Of a DNA stretch of 64,000 nucleotides, positions 33,612 to 42,892 are shown piece after piece. Where the stretch lies: sequence record ON529855.1; one strand, given 5' to 3'. The notes beneath the pieces are model-generated. The model was given only the letters and a program-made list of their open reading frames with translations, did no database searches and was not told where the DNA came from. The number at the start of each line of letters is the position of its first letter. Position 1 is the first letter of the stretch. Made by a program: the position numbers and the translations under genes.

Positions 33612-34129
33612 TCGTCGCTTCGGAAACGGAGCGGCCGGCAACCGGGCCTCGGCCCTACTAGCCGGGCTTCCAAGGGTATGCGGCCTCCGGGCTGATCCCA
33701 CGGGAGTTGAGACCGGACGCCGGGGTGACCCGGCCCATCCGCCGAGACATGGTATCTCAAGGCTGCCGCAGCCCAAGAGACCACCCCTCGGACCGCCCGA
33801 GGCCGTAAGGCTGGAGGTCAGGAGTCTCAGGAGATCGGTCAGCAATGATCCGGTCGACCCTAAGGCGTCGCGGACTTCGCACCCTCGGGTGCGGGAGCCA
33901 AGATGTAGAGATGCGGGTCTAGGCGTCACAGCTTCGACCTTCAGGTATGAGCCCCTCCACGGCGACGTGAAGGAAGCGTCAGCCTCACCTTCTTCGGGGA
34001 AACCTGATGCCCTGGTGAACTCTCTTGCCCAGACTGTAACGGTCGAAAGCAGGCGCGAAGTCGGACCAGAACCAGATTGTCGGGAAGGCCCGCCTCGTAT
34101 CTTCGGATGCAGGCGGGCCTTTTGCGTTT
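33612..34129 (+). ncRNA. ~500 nt structured non-coding RNA
   Basis: Promoter-to-terminator unit with no plus-strand ORF in the track; GNRA/UUCG-capped hairpins and nested long-range helices. Confidence 0.7.
34085..34129 (+). terminator. Intrinsic terminator
   Basis: AAGGCCCGCCT...ATC-TTCG-GAT...AGGCGGGCCTT + TTGCGTTT. Confidence 0.8.
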
Positions 34130-34148
34130 CAGGGCAGACATGAATAAA

Positions 34149-34465
34149 GCCGCCCCTTTCGAGGCGGCCTGGTGATCGGCCGATACCCGATCCGACGTCG
34201 TTCGACCTTATGACCTGGCCGACGTCCGCGCTGCGCGGTCCCACAGACCTCGCGATCTGCTCCATATTTACCCAGCGCGGGGCGTAAACGCGCTGCTGAA
34301 CTAAGCCATCCGCTTCATGACGTCCCGATACTCCCCCATTACGGGCGCGGCCTCGGTAAACGGCGCTCTCGCGGACCCACAAGGATTACGGCCCCTGCCT
34401 CATATTTACCCAGCGCGGGGCGTAAACGCGCTGCATGAAAAAGGCCGCCCCTTTCGAGGCGGCCT
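34149..34465. repeat. Nested direct repeats: 22 bp hairpin x2 flanking 34 bp unit x2
   Basis: GCCGCCCCTTTCGAGGCGGCCT at 34149 and 34444; CATATTTACCCAGCGCGGGGCGTAAACGCGCTGC at 34263 and 34401. Confidence 0.85.
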
Positions 34466-34494
34466 CAATCGTTACCCGAAGGTGAAGGCCTGGA

Positions 34495-34923
34495 TTAGGC
34501 CTTCGAGTTCGGGGCGGCGAACGCGTAGTACGACACCGTGCCCGTGGTCGGCTCGACGTCGGCGAAGACGCGGATGCCGGCGGCGTCGGCGTCAGCCGCA
34601 GCCAGGGTGGCGGGATCGAACTTCAGCACGAAGGTCTTGCCGGCGACGGCAGTGACCGAACCACCGGGGGCGTCGACCGGGTTGGCGCCAGCGGCGTCAA
34701 CGGTCTGGACCTTGAGGGTGGCGTCCGTGGCGGCGTCGACGACGATGACGACGTCGAACGGCGTTTGGCCGTACAGGTTCTTCAGGTCGCCGCGACCAGC
34801 GGTCAGGCGGTGAAGGTCGACGACCAGGCCGCCGGGGCCATCAGCCGTGACGGCGGTGGCGCGATCATCGATCGAACGGAGCGCCAGAAGGGCGTCATAA
34901 CCGTGCTTGATCTTGGAGTTCAT
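34495..34923 (-). CDS. Minor capsid/decoration protein
   Basis: Directly after MCP as in phiCbK-like phages; ATG at 34923 (MNSKIKHGYDALL). Confidence 0.65.
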   Translation of the reverse strand: MNSKIKHGYDALLALRSIDDRATAVTADGPGGLVVDLHRLTAGRGDLKNLYGQTPFDVVIVVDAATDATLKVQTVDAAGANPVDAPGGSVTAVAGKTFVLKFDPATLAAADADAAGIRVFADVEPTTGTVSYYAFAAPNSKA

Positions 34924-34999
34924 CTTGAGATGTCCGTTTCGAAGGTTTTGTAGAGAGAAAGCCGGGGTGGCCGAAGCCACCCCTTAGCCATCATCGCCC

Positions 35000-35935
35000 T
35001 TAGGCGACGACGGCAGCCTTCTTGATGCCCCAGACGCGAGCGGCGGCGCGGCCCGACAGCACCGCGAGGCTGATCAGCCACTCGATGCGGGTACGGTAGA
35101 CCGGCTTGTCGTTGACTTGGCCGAGGTCGTCGACTTCCATCACGCCGTTTTGCAGGCCCATGACGCCCGAGTCGCCGATGTTCACGACGTAGATCGAGGT
35201 GCCGACAGCGGCGCCGCCACCGGGGTTCGCTTCGTTGAAGTCGATGACCTGGGTGTTGGTGTCGTCGTAGTCGGTGGTCAGGATGGGCAGGTCGTTGTAG
35301 AACGCGATGCGCTCACCGAACTCGTTCTTGTCCCAGGTGATGAAGCCGGCAACCGACGTCTGGCGCGAAGCGGCCGACAGCAGGTTACGCATGCGCTTCG
35401 ACATGATCAGGTGCGTGGCACCGTCAACGGCGTCGATGGCTTCGTCCAGGACTTGCAGCGACAGAGCGTCGCCGCCGGCCGAGGCGCCAGCCGGGATCAG
35501 TTGGTCGCCGACGATGCGCTTGCGCAGGCCGTCGAATTCACGCGGATCAGCTTCCGAGTCGCCGGTGATGATCTTGCCAGCCAGGAACAGCGAGAGGGCC
35601 TTGACCTTCATCTTTTCCTGCATGGTGCGGATGTTCGCGCCATGGGTCTTGATCAGCGCCTTGTCGACGTCCAGGTCGCCGCCGACGATCTTCAGAACTT
35701 CGACCTGCGAGTTGATGACGCCGACGCCGTTGCCGTAAGCTTCGTTGAAGCCACGGAACGCAACGCCCGGCAGTTGGCCTTCCTGGGTGTAGGTGTACGA
35801 GCCACCCGGAACATCCATGAACGGCAGGACCTTCAGGAGGTCCGGATAGGCGAAGAGTTCGATGATCGCCGAACGCTTGACCTCGTCGTTGCCCATCGCC
35901 AGATCGGCGGCTTCGAGCAGAGTGAGAGCAGCCAT
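35000..35935 (-). CDS. Major capsid protein (HK97 fold)
   Basis: 311 aa; LPGVAFRGFNEAY, GGDLDVD, EFDGLRKR, YRTRIEW; position after scaffold. Confidence 0.88.
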   Translation of the reverse strand: MAALTLLEAADLAMGNDEVKRSAIIELFAYPDLLKVLPFMDVPGGSYTYTQEGQLPGVAFRGFNEAYGNGVGVINSQVEVLKIVGGDLDVDKALIKTHGANIRTMQEKMKVKALSLFLAGKIITGDSEADPREFDGLRKRIVGDQLIPAGASAGGDALSLQVLDEAIDAVDGATHLIMSKRMRNLLSAASRQTSVAGFITWDKNEFGERIAFYNDLPILTTDYDDTNTQVIDFNEANPGGGAAVGTSIYVVNIGDSGVMGLQNGVMEVDDLGQVNDKPVYRTRIEWLISLAVLSGRAAARVWGIKKAAVVA

Positions 35936-36253
35936 GCTACTGTATCCTCAGAGTTTTTAATGGTGGTCGCGATTGAGGAGGCGGCCCCCGCCTCGGGCTC
36001 CCCCTCGGACCGACCACCGGCACCCGAGGGAATGAGTGAGGAGTCATGTTTCCCAAGGAAACGTGACTCCGTTCTTGTTTCGCGGATCGCCATGCGGGCG
36101 CTCGACGCGGAAAGTGGGTTGCCCATTCGGGCGAAATCTGTGCCGGCAGTTTACGAGGGCCGGCGGCTCGGCGGGCTGTTTAAGGAGAGCCCGCAGTCTC
36201 CGATCGACGGTGCCGCCGATCACCTCTTGGCGGAGAGGAACCCGTGGGCGGCC

Positions 36254-37048
36254 TTAGTTCAGGCGCGCACCCTTGTCGCCGTTCGCCAGGGCCAGCTTGT
36301 CGTTGGCCGACATGCCGCGCATCTCGGCGGTCGTCTTGCCGAGCGGGCCGCGCTGGTCGCTACCGCCACCACCGCCGGCGCCGCCGCCGTGCGTGCCCTT
36401 GAACATGTGCGGGGCTTCGTCCTTCAGCTTCATGATCCACTCCTTGGGCGTCAGCGGCGAGCCGCCGTCAGCACCGTACAGTTGCAGATCGCCTTGGAAC
36501 GCCAGCACACGGCCGTCGTCTTGGGCGCGCCACACATCGGCTGCGCGGGACAGGATGTCGCGAACCGCCGAGGGCTGGACACCGAGTTCCGGGTCGATGA
36601 TGGCGTCCTTGATCGCGGTCGACACCAGCGTGCGCTTGTGAACACCTTCGATCTCGCCGGCCTTGGTCTTCCAGAGCGCGCCTTCCTTCTGGGCGGCGCG
36701 AATCTGGTCCTCCAGGACCTTCTTCATGTCTTCAGTACGACGGATGACTTCTTCTTCGATCCGGCGGCTGTCGGTCAGTTGACCGTCTTTGACGCGCTGC
36801 GAGGTAGCCCGCAGTTCAGTCAATTCGTTGGTGAAAGCGGTGGGGTCGTCGCCGACGATCGGCGCCAGGACCTCAACGGCCTTCTTGAGTTCGTCGCGCT
36901 CTTTGACGAGCCCGATGTTGGTTTCGCGGAACTCGTCCATCTTGTCCTGGGGGACCAGATTGATTTGGACCTTATCGCCGTCGGCCTTGGCGTAGCTGCG
37001 CAGGGCGTCCGGGATAGCGTCGAGCGAGTCGAACGTGAAAATCGGCAT
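36254..37048 (-). CDS. Putative capsid scaffolding protein
   Basis: Coiled-coil body, Gly-rich C-terminal tail, upstream of MCP. Confidence 0.6.
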   Translation of the reverse strand: MPIFTFDSLDAIPDALRSYAKADGDKVQINLVPQDKMDEFRETNIGLVKERDELKKAVEVLAPIVGDDPTAFTNELTELRATSQRVKDGQLTDSRRIEEEVIRRTEDMKKVLEDQIRAAQKEGALWKTKAGEIEGVHKRTLVSTAIKDAIIDPELGVQPSAVRDILSRAADVWRAQDDGRVLAFQGDLQLYGADGGSPLTPKEWIMKLKDEAPHMFKGTHGGGAGGGGGSDQRGPLGKTTAEMRGMSANDKLALANGDKGARLN

Positions 37049-37267
37049 AAGTGGATGTGTCTCTTGGACCCTGGACCCCAGGGCATGGCGCTACGACCCG
37101 TGCGTCGCGAGATGATGTGTGCGGACGACGCCTCGGGAGCGCAGTCCTATTCGGGATGAGCGGGACCCTAACAAAAAAGATCGCCATTGTCAAGATTCTC
37201 AGCAAATAACGCTTGCAATCCTGACAATGGCGATCTACAGATGGGGGTTTGCCGGAAGTTCGGCGGT

Positions 37268-37837
37268 TTATTCGGCGAGACGCTGCTTCAATGTCTTGAC
37301 AGGTTTGCGGTTCTTCCGGTCAATAACGAAGCCATAGCGGGCCATGTCGTTTTTAGACTTCGCCTTGTGGCACGGGTCCTTACATAGTATCTGGACGTTC
37401 TCCGGCTCCCAGAACGACCAATCCCCAAAAGCCATGAAGAGGGGGATTACGTGATCCGCCTCCCATGCGTCGGACATATACTTCCAGACAGTACCGCACT
37501 CGGCGCATTCACCTTGGTCGCGGAAGAAGACATGCTGGCGCATGACCGCAGGATCAGATCGGAGCAAGTAGTTGCCGACGCAACGCTTCGAACACCACGA
37601 CCGCCGCAGGTTGAGCGTGCCATCCTTCTTCAGAATCCGGACGCCGCACCAGCGGCAATGGCCGGGCGGCTGGCGGTTGATCTTACTGGGATGGGTTCGG
37701 TGGTTATAGGACACAGGCAGTTTCGAGCCGCGCGGCTTCTTGGCGCGGCGAGGCCGGCGCGAGGTTGAGCGGCGGCGGCTAACAGTACGGGACGTCGTCT
37801 TCGGAGGAGAGGCGCGCCGCGCGGGGCGGCGGGCCAT
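37268..37837 (-). CDS. HNH endonuclease with Arg/Ser-rich N-terminus
   Basis: CRWCG, WCSKRC, CAECG...WEADHVIPL...ENVQILCKDPCHKAKS. Confidence 0.8.
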   Translation of the reverse strand: MARRPARRASPPKTTSRTVSRRRSTSRRPRRAKKPRGSKLPVSYNHRTHPSKINRQPPGHCRWCGVRILKKDGTLNLRRSWCSKRCVGNYLLRSDPAVMRQHVFFRDQGECAECGTVWKYMSDAWEADHVIPLFMAFGDWSFWEPENVQILCKDPCHKAKSKNDMARYGFVIDRKNRKPVKTLKQRLAE

Positions 37838-37960
37838 CAGACGGTCTTCGGCTTTCGCCGGCTCCAGAAGAGGGCCGCCGCCGCGCGATGCGGCGAGCGG
37901 TCAAGCACCTTCTGCATCTCAGTCGCCAGGCGCGCGGCGCCCGGAAGGGTAGGATCGTAG

Positions 37961-38413
37961 TCAGTCATCAGTGAAGAGGTGACGCAGCGCCATCGCGTCC
38001 CAGTAGGCGTTGTGCTGGACGGCGCCCTCCAGCGTGGTCGGATAGGCCTGGGCGCGGATCATCTCGAAGGTGAGGTGGCGCTTGGAGATCATCTCGCCCG
38101 GTCCGGTCATCAGGGCGCGGCAGAAGTAGGCGATGTCGTCGGGCCAGTCCGAGATGATGTGGGGGCGCTCATCGCCCAGCAGGAAGGCGGCGATGGTGCG
38201 GGCGGCGTTGGCCGGCGTCAGGTGATCCCAGATGGTCTGGGTCGCGGGGATAGAGCCCATCAGCGGCTTGACGTTCTCTTCCACCCAGGGCGTGCAGGGT
38301 TGATAGGCCCGCTCCAGGATGATGTAGAGGGCGCGCCCGTCCTGGCGCACCAGGGCCAGGCTCAAGAGGTCTCCGCCGAAGCCGTCAAACTCGCAGTCGA
38401 GGAAGTAGTTCAC
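37961..38413 (-). CDS. DEDDh 3'-5' exonuclease (Rv2179c-like)
   Basis: YFLDCEFDG, ISDWPDD, HNAYWDA motifs. Confidence 0.75.
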   Translation of the reverse strand: MNYFLDCEFDGFGGDLLSLALVRQDGRALYIILERAYQPCTPWVEENVKPLMGSIPATQTIWDHLTPANAARTIAAFLLGDERPHIISDWPDDIAYFCRALMTGPGEMISKRHLTFEMIRAQAYPTTLEGAVQHNAYWDAMALRHLFTDD

Positions 38414-38658
38414 AGGAAGTAAATCCGTTGCTCTCGACCAGGAGAGAGCAGGGTGGGAAGCATCTCCACCAGCCAGCGCGAATAGCCGTCGCGGGCGTCC
38501 TGGGTCTTCAGGCGGTGCTCCGGCGGCGAGACCACCAGGATGGTGTCAAATCGGGCGGCGGTGCAGGCCCCGACGACAAACACCTTGATGTCGTCGCCCA
38601 GGGCCGGCGCCAGCCGATCGGCCTGTTTCGCGTCCCAGTGAAAAAGCGCGGTCTTCAC
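38410..38658 (-). CDS. Hypothetical protein
   Basis: Coupled 82 aa ORF. Confidence 0.55.
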   Translation of the reverse strand: MKTALFHWDAKQADRLAPALGDDIKVFVVGACTAARFDTILVVSPPEHRLKTQDARDGYSRWLVEMLPTLLSPGREQRIYFL

Positions 38659-38923
38659 GTCAACTTCCCCTTCAAGGCCGCCAGGTGGGCCAGGTTGTCG
38701 TGGTGGATGCGCATGGCGTCGAGCAGCGCTTCGTAGGCCGTGACGGCGTGCAGCCGCAGGTTCTCCAGGTCCGTGCCGCTGCGCCGGCCCTTGGCGGGCG
38801 CTTCGGTCATGGCGCTGTTGTAAGCGTTGTGGGCCAGGGCCTGCTCACGATGGACGATCGTGATCTGGGCCAGCGAGACCTTGGCCTGCTGGATCGCCTC
38901 GCGCAGCTTGTCCTTGCGGGTGC

Positions 38924-39361
38924 TCACAGGCGGGTGTCCTCGTCGCCGTCGTCGGCGCCGACCCACTCGACGAACCGTACCTCATGTGGGTGCGCATCGG
39001 CAGGGGCGCGCGGCCCGAACATCGTCTCCAGGTCCCCCAGCGACCAGGGTCCGGTCGGGTTGGCGCGCAGGATGGCGTCGATCTCTTCGGTCACGGCGTA
39101 ATCCAGGCGTTCGATCACCGTGCGCAAGGTCAGCGCTTCGGCGTCGGCCTCGAACACTTCGGCCAGCAGCGCGTCGCTGAAGCGGGCGGACACGGCGGCA
39201 GGGGTGCTGTGGAGCACGGGCGACGCCGCCATCTCGGCCGTCAGGTGAACCGTTTCCGGCTCAGTGCGCACCAGGGCGTCGTAGAGGTCCGGGTCCGACA
39301 GATAGAGGGCGCGTTCGTCCCGCTCGGCGGCGATCTCGCCCAAGGTCTTGTCAGCCGACAT
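38924..39361 (-). CDS. Hypothetical protein
   Basis: ATG at 39361 (MSADKTL). Confidence 0.55.
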   Translation of the reverse strand: MSADKTLGEIAAERDERALYLSDPDLYDALVRTEPETVHLTAEMAASPVLHSTPAAVSARFSDALLAEVFEADAEALTLRTVIERLDYAVTEEIDAILRANPTGPWSLGDLETMFGPRAPADAHPHEVRFVEWVGADDGDEDTRL

Positions 39362-39773
39362 GGCGGTGCTCTTCTTCTTCAACAGCTTGCTCGGCCTTGG
39401 GGCCGAGAGTGGCGCGGACCTGTTCGATCCAGGCGCGGTTGTCTTCCGCCGTCGCGGCGCGCGGCGGCAGGTGAGGACGAAAGCCGACGACTTCATGGGA
39501 GCCGGGGGCGTAGACGATCTCGACCGCCTCCGCGTGAGCGATGTCGCTCTCCAGTTCCTCGGCCGGGCCGGCGATCTCCAGAATCGCCAGCGCCAGCCGA
39601 CGCGCCAGGCGACGGTCGAACAGCATCGTGTTCTGCCCGGTCACGATCTCCACACAGCGACCGTCGGGGTTGCCGATCGTGCGGAAGACGTAGTGGAACC
39701 GGGGGTCCATCGCCTCGGTGCAGCGCCAGACCATGAGACCGGCCTGGATGGTCACGCTGAAGTCGTCGACCAA
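39351..39773 (-). CDS. Hypothetical protein
   Basis: Coupled 140 aa ORF. Confidence 0.55.
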   Translation of the reverse strand: MVDDFSVTIQAGLMVWRCTEAMDPRFHYVFRTIGNPDGRCVEIVTGQNTMLFDRRLARRLALAILEIAGPAEELESDIAHAEAVEIVYAPGSHEVVGFRPHLPPRAATAEDNRAWIEQVRATLGPKAEQAVEEEEHRHVG

Positions 39774-39930
39774 CGTCGTCAGCGCCGCGAGATCGGCTGC
39801 AAGGCGGAGGTGTTCATCAAGGCGCTACGCAGCGTCTTGTAGACCGGGACTTCGTAGACCTTCGGCGGCGCGCCGGTGCTGAAGTCATCGACGTAGGTGT
39901 ATTGGATGGGGTCGGCCATGGAGGGTCTCG

Positions 39931-40152
39931 TTAACGGGGTTGGATGTTGTGGCGGCGTTGGGCGCGCCGGCGACTTTCCTGGTCGCCCAGGTCGAGCCAA
40001 CGCAGGAAGGCGAGAAGGGAAAGGCACAGACTGAGCGACGCGCCCAGTTCGACGCCCATCGACGAAGGCGGGGTCATGGACCCGAAGATCACGAACAGGC
40101 TGGACGCCAGCGCGATCAACGAGGTCACCAACCACAGGGCACGGTTGCTCAT
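39931..40152 (-). CDS. Small two-TM membrane protein
   Basis: Two hydrophobic stretches. Confidence 0.5.
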   Translation of the reverse strand: MSNRALWLVTSLIALASSLFVIFGSMTPPSSMGVELGASLSLCLSLLAFLRWLDLGDQESRRRAQRRHNIQPR

Positions 40153-40397
40153 CGGAACCACCGCGAGAACACGAACTCCGCCAACAGGTAGAGCCCGGCC
40201 GCGACAGGCGGGATCGCCGCGAAGATCGCGACGGGCAGGATCATCACGGCGAAGTCGTGCTTCCACAGGGCGAACGGCAGCGAGAAGATCGCGCCGACCA
40301 AGGCGCCCAGGAAGGCCAGGGCCACGGCGGCGCCGAGGAAGGCCAGGCCGACGAGGAAGGTGAGCGCGCCTTTATCGATGACGGGAGCAGCGGCCAT
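40149..40397 (-). CDS. Small membrane protein
   Basis: Long hydrophobic runs; ATG at 40397. Confidence 0.55.
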   Translation of the reverse strand: MAAAPVIDKGALTFLVGLAFLGAAVALAFLGALVGAIFSLPFALWKHDFAVMILPVAIFAAIPPVAAGLYLLAEFVFSRWFR

Positions 40398-40398
40398 G

Positions 40399-41142
40399 TC
40401 ATTCGCCTCCGTCGAGCAGGTGCTGGACGCGGTCCCAGCCCGCCGTGTCGATCTTGGAGATCGCCGCCAGCAGCAGGCCGACCAGGGTGTCCTTGTGGAC
40501 CTGGGGTCCCGCCATGCCATGCACTGGCGGCTGACCGCGCGGGGCGATGATGCCGGCCCAGGTCTCTTCCTGGTTGAACTTCTTCATCACCGTCAGGGTG
40601 ACGCCGTGGCCCCGGCTCTCATGGTAGCGGCGCTTCGGGAAGCTGTAGGTCTCGCCGGCGCGGATGACTTCGATGCCGTCGATCGTCACGTCGACGCCGG
40701 GGCGGCGGATGGTCGGCTCGGCCGATCCGAGGTGGGCCGGCATGACTTCCCACTCGTCGAAGAAGCCGTAGCCGGGGACCTTCTCGTCGCCGGAACCGGC
40801 GATATGGCGCGCGCCCTCCGACGCGCTCAGGAAGATGTTGGTCACCGCGCCCAGCAGCACCGTCGAGGTGAAGTCGAAGCGGTGGTCATGGCGGCAGCCG
40901 AAGGACTCCGGCTCGGTCGGCAGTTCCGGATGCCACAGGTGCAGTCGGACGTCCTCGTTCAGATAGACCTGGGCGAAGCCGACCCCGGCGTGATAGCGCG
41001 GCTTCAGCGCGCCGCTGATCAGCCCGGCGCGGACAGTTTGGTGCAAGGGGTGCGGATCGGGCACGGAGAGAATTTCCTTGATACGGGCGTTGGCGGACGC
41101 GCTGGCGCGCTTGAGGGTTTCGGGGGAGACGCGCCGCGTCAC
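40399..41142 (-). CDS. Cupin-like hypothetical protein
   Basis: HLWHP, HDHRFDF and YHES His motifs; GTG start overlapping DHH stop. Confidence 0.5.
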   Translation of the reverse strand: MTRRVSPETLKRASASANARIKEILSVPDPHPLHQTVRAGLISGALKPRYHAGVGFAQVYLNEDVRLHLWHPELPTEPESFGCRHDHRFDFTSTVLLGAVTNIFLSASEGARHIAGSGDEKVPGYGFFDEWEVMPAHLGSAEPTIRRPGVDVTIDGIEVIRAGETYSFPKRRYHESRGHGVTLTVMKKFNQEETWAGIIAPRGQPPVHGMAGPQVHKDTLVGLLLAAISKIDTAGWDRVQHLLDGGE

Positions 41143-42050
41143 CCCTCGCCCTCCCATCCGGCGGGGACGCGGAAGCCGGCGGCGTTCTTGTGGCCGCCGC
41201 CGCCGAACTGGCTGGCGACCTGGGAGACGTCCACCGCCTTGGGGTCGTCCTTGTCGGAACGCAGCGAGAACGAGCGCTGGCCGTCCGAGGTGTCGAAGTA
41301 GCTGGCCGAGAAGGCCTCGCCGCGACACATGATGTTGCCGCCTTCGGAAGCGAAGATGTAGGGCAGGTTCGCGACCGGCACATCGTAGCCGCCGATCACC
41401 ATGCGGCGCTTGGCGGCGCGGATGGCGCCCGAGATTTCGGCGTCCTGCTTCTTGACCAGGGCCTCGCCGATCTTCACGGCGTGGCGCATGCCTTCGTCGT
41501 CGTCGAGCGTCTGGGCCATGTCCATCCAGCTATCGAAGTCCAGCGGGGTCAGGCCCATCCAGGCGCAGACCGCCTTGGCGTTGGGCAGCGCCCAGGTCCA
41601 TAGATCGCGATCCTGGACGTAGCGGATGAGCGCCGGCGCGCCTTCGTCGTCCTTCAGGTCCCAGACGGCCGCGACACCCTCTTCGCCGCCGAAGCAGAAC
41701 TCCCACGACAGCATGGCGCCCGACTTGGTCATGTCGAAGACGCCCATGATCGTGCCGTCGGCGATCAGCGGCTCCAGCAGGCGCTGGGCCGAAACGTGGT
41801 GATCCAGGATGGTCACCGAAGCGGCCTCGGACACGATCTGCAACGTCGCGTCGGGCTTGTAGGAGAAGTCGACGATCAGGACGTGCTTGCCGGCGACATC
41901 GGGCAGGCTGTCGGCCTGGTAGACGCCGGGGACCATCTTGCAGTTCGGCCAGCGAAGCTGCACGGCCCAGGCGGCGGAGAAGCCGTCGGCGCAGGGGTGA
42001 TGATAGATGCAGACGTCGGGCTCGTAGCCATACGGGGCGAGGTAGGCCAT
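41139..42050 (-). CDS. DHH/DHHA1 phosphoesterase
   Basis: YHHPCADG, IVDFSY, ILDHH, DRDLW, GGGGHKNAAGF. Confidence 0.9.
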   Translation of the reverse strand: MAYLAPYGYEPDVCIYHHPCADGFSAAWAVQLRWPNCKMVPGVYQADSLPDVAGKHVLIVDFSYKPDATLQIVSEAASVTILDHHVSAQRLLEPLIADGTIMGVFDMTKSGAMLSWEFCFGGEEGVAAVWDLKDDEGAPALIRYVQDRDLWTWALPNAKAVCAWMGLTPLDFDSWMDMAQTLDDDEGMRHAVKIGEALVKKQDAEISGAIRAAKRRMVIGGYDVPVANLPYIFASEGGNIMCRGEAFSASYFDTSDGQRSFSLRSDKDDPKAVDVSQVASQFGGGGHKNAAGFRVPAGWEGEG

Positions 42051-42316
42051 CAGTCTTCGTCCCCGAAACCGTCAGCGTCTTCGTCTTCATCCACGGCGAG
42101 ATTCTCGATCTCTTCCACGGCGCGCTCGATCAGGTCGTGCGTGACGGGCGTGGTGGTCGAGGAGGCGACGTAGATTTCGTCGTCGTCGGTCAGGCCGATG
42201 ACGACGACTTGCTCCAGGTCGGCGTCCAGGGCGCCTTCCAACACCTGGTGAACCGGGACGCGGAACTGCGGGCCTTCACGCACGATGCGCTGGCGGGTGA
42301 ACTTCTTGGTACTCAT
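42050..42316 (-). CDS. Hypothetical protein
   Basis: ATG at 42316 (MSTKKF). Confidence 0.5.
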   Translation of the reverse strand: MSTKKFTRQRIVREGPQFRVPVHQVLEGALDADLEQVVVIGLTDDDEIYVASSTTTPVTHDLIERAVEEIENLAVDEDEDADGFGDED

Positions 42317-42534
42317 GGGAGGGTCTCGGGGAACAGGTCGTATTGGCGGGGGACGAACCCGACGCCCTTGCACGTTGGGCAATGGACGGTGCGGGCGCGC
42401 AGGGTGTAGGAATCGATGTCGTCGGGGTCGGGAGCGATCCACCCGGCCTGACAGCCGGCGAGGCAGACGGCGTGCTTGTCGTGGTAGGCCTCGGTCATGG
42501 CCTTGAGGTCGGCCCTAGTGATCTGGTGTCGCAT
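42313..42534 (-). CDS. Small Zn-finger-like protein
   Basis: CLAGC...CPTCKGVG. Confidence 0.5.
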   Translation of the reverse strand: MRHQITRADLKAMTEAYHDKHAVCLAGCQAGWIAPDPDDIDSYTLRARTVHCPTCKGVGFVPRQYDLFPETLP

Positions 42535-42892
42535 CGAGCGGCAGGCCGGTCTTGAGGTCGAAGGTCAGGCCGGCGGCCTTGGCCTCTTCCATCTTGCGCT
42601 TGACGTGGGTGAACTCGCAGCAAGCGAACTGGAAGCCATGGACCGGATCGGCGTAGACGAAGATCGGCAGTTCGCCCGCCAGCTTGGCGGCCGCGAAACG
42701 TGACTCCCACGCCGCCTTCAGGCGCACGATGTCCAGCGGCGTCTCCTTGACCGTCAGATAGTCGGTCTTGTCGGTCGCGAAGGTCGTGTAGACCTGGGTG
42801 CGCGGGACGGAGGCGGCGTTGCCGCGTGTCGAAACGATCTGCTCGGGCACGACGTAGACGTGCTCGCCGGTGGTGAGGGTGAGGCGGATCAT
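42515..42892 (-). CDS. FlbD/SwrD(PF06289)-like hypothetical protein
   Basis: MIRLTLTTG...VVPEQI...LTVKETPLDIV. Confidence 0.4.
   Translation of the reverse strand: MIRLTLTTGEHVYVVPEQIVSTRGNAASVPRTQVYTTFATDKTDYLTVKETPLDIVRLKAAWESRFAAAKLAGELPIFVYADPVHGFQFACCEFTHVKRKMEEAKAAGLTFDLKTGLPLDATPDH

Noticed and set aside
33612-34129. Group I/II intron or RNase P identity for the large RNA
   Set aside because: Not inside a gene; I could not find the group I S element (AAGAUAUAGUCC) or the RNase P GAGGAAAGUCC signature.
33600-34382. 260 aa minus-strand ORF across the large RNA
   Set aside because: No SD, crosses two terminator hairpins, low-complexity composition; the plus-strand promoter/terminator unit explains the region better.
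34149-34465. CRISPR array
   Set aside because: Only two copies of each repeat, ~104 bp between them, and no cas genes.
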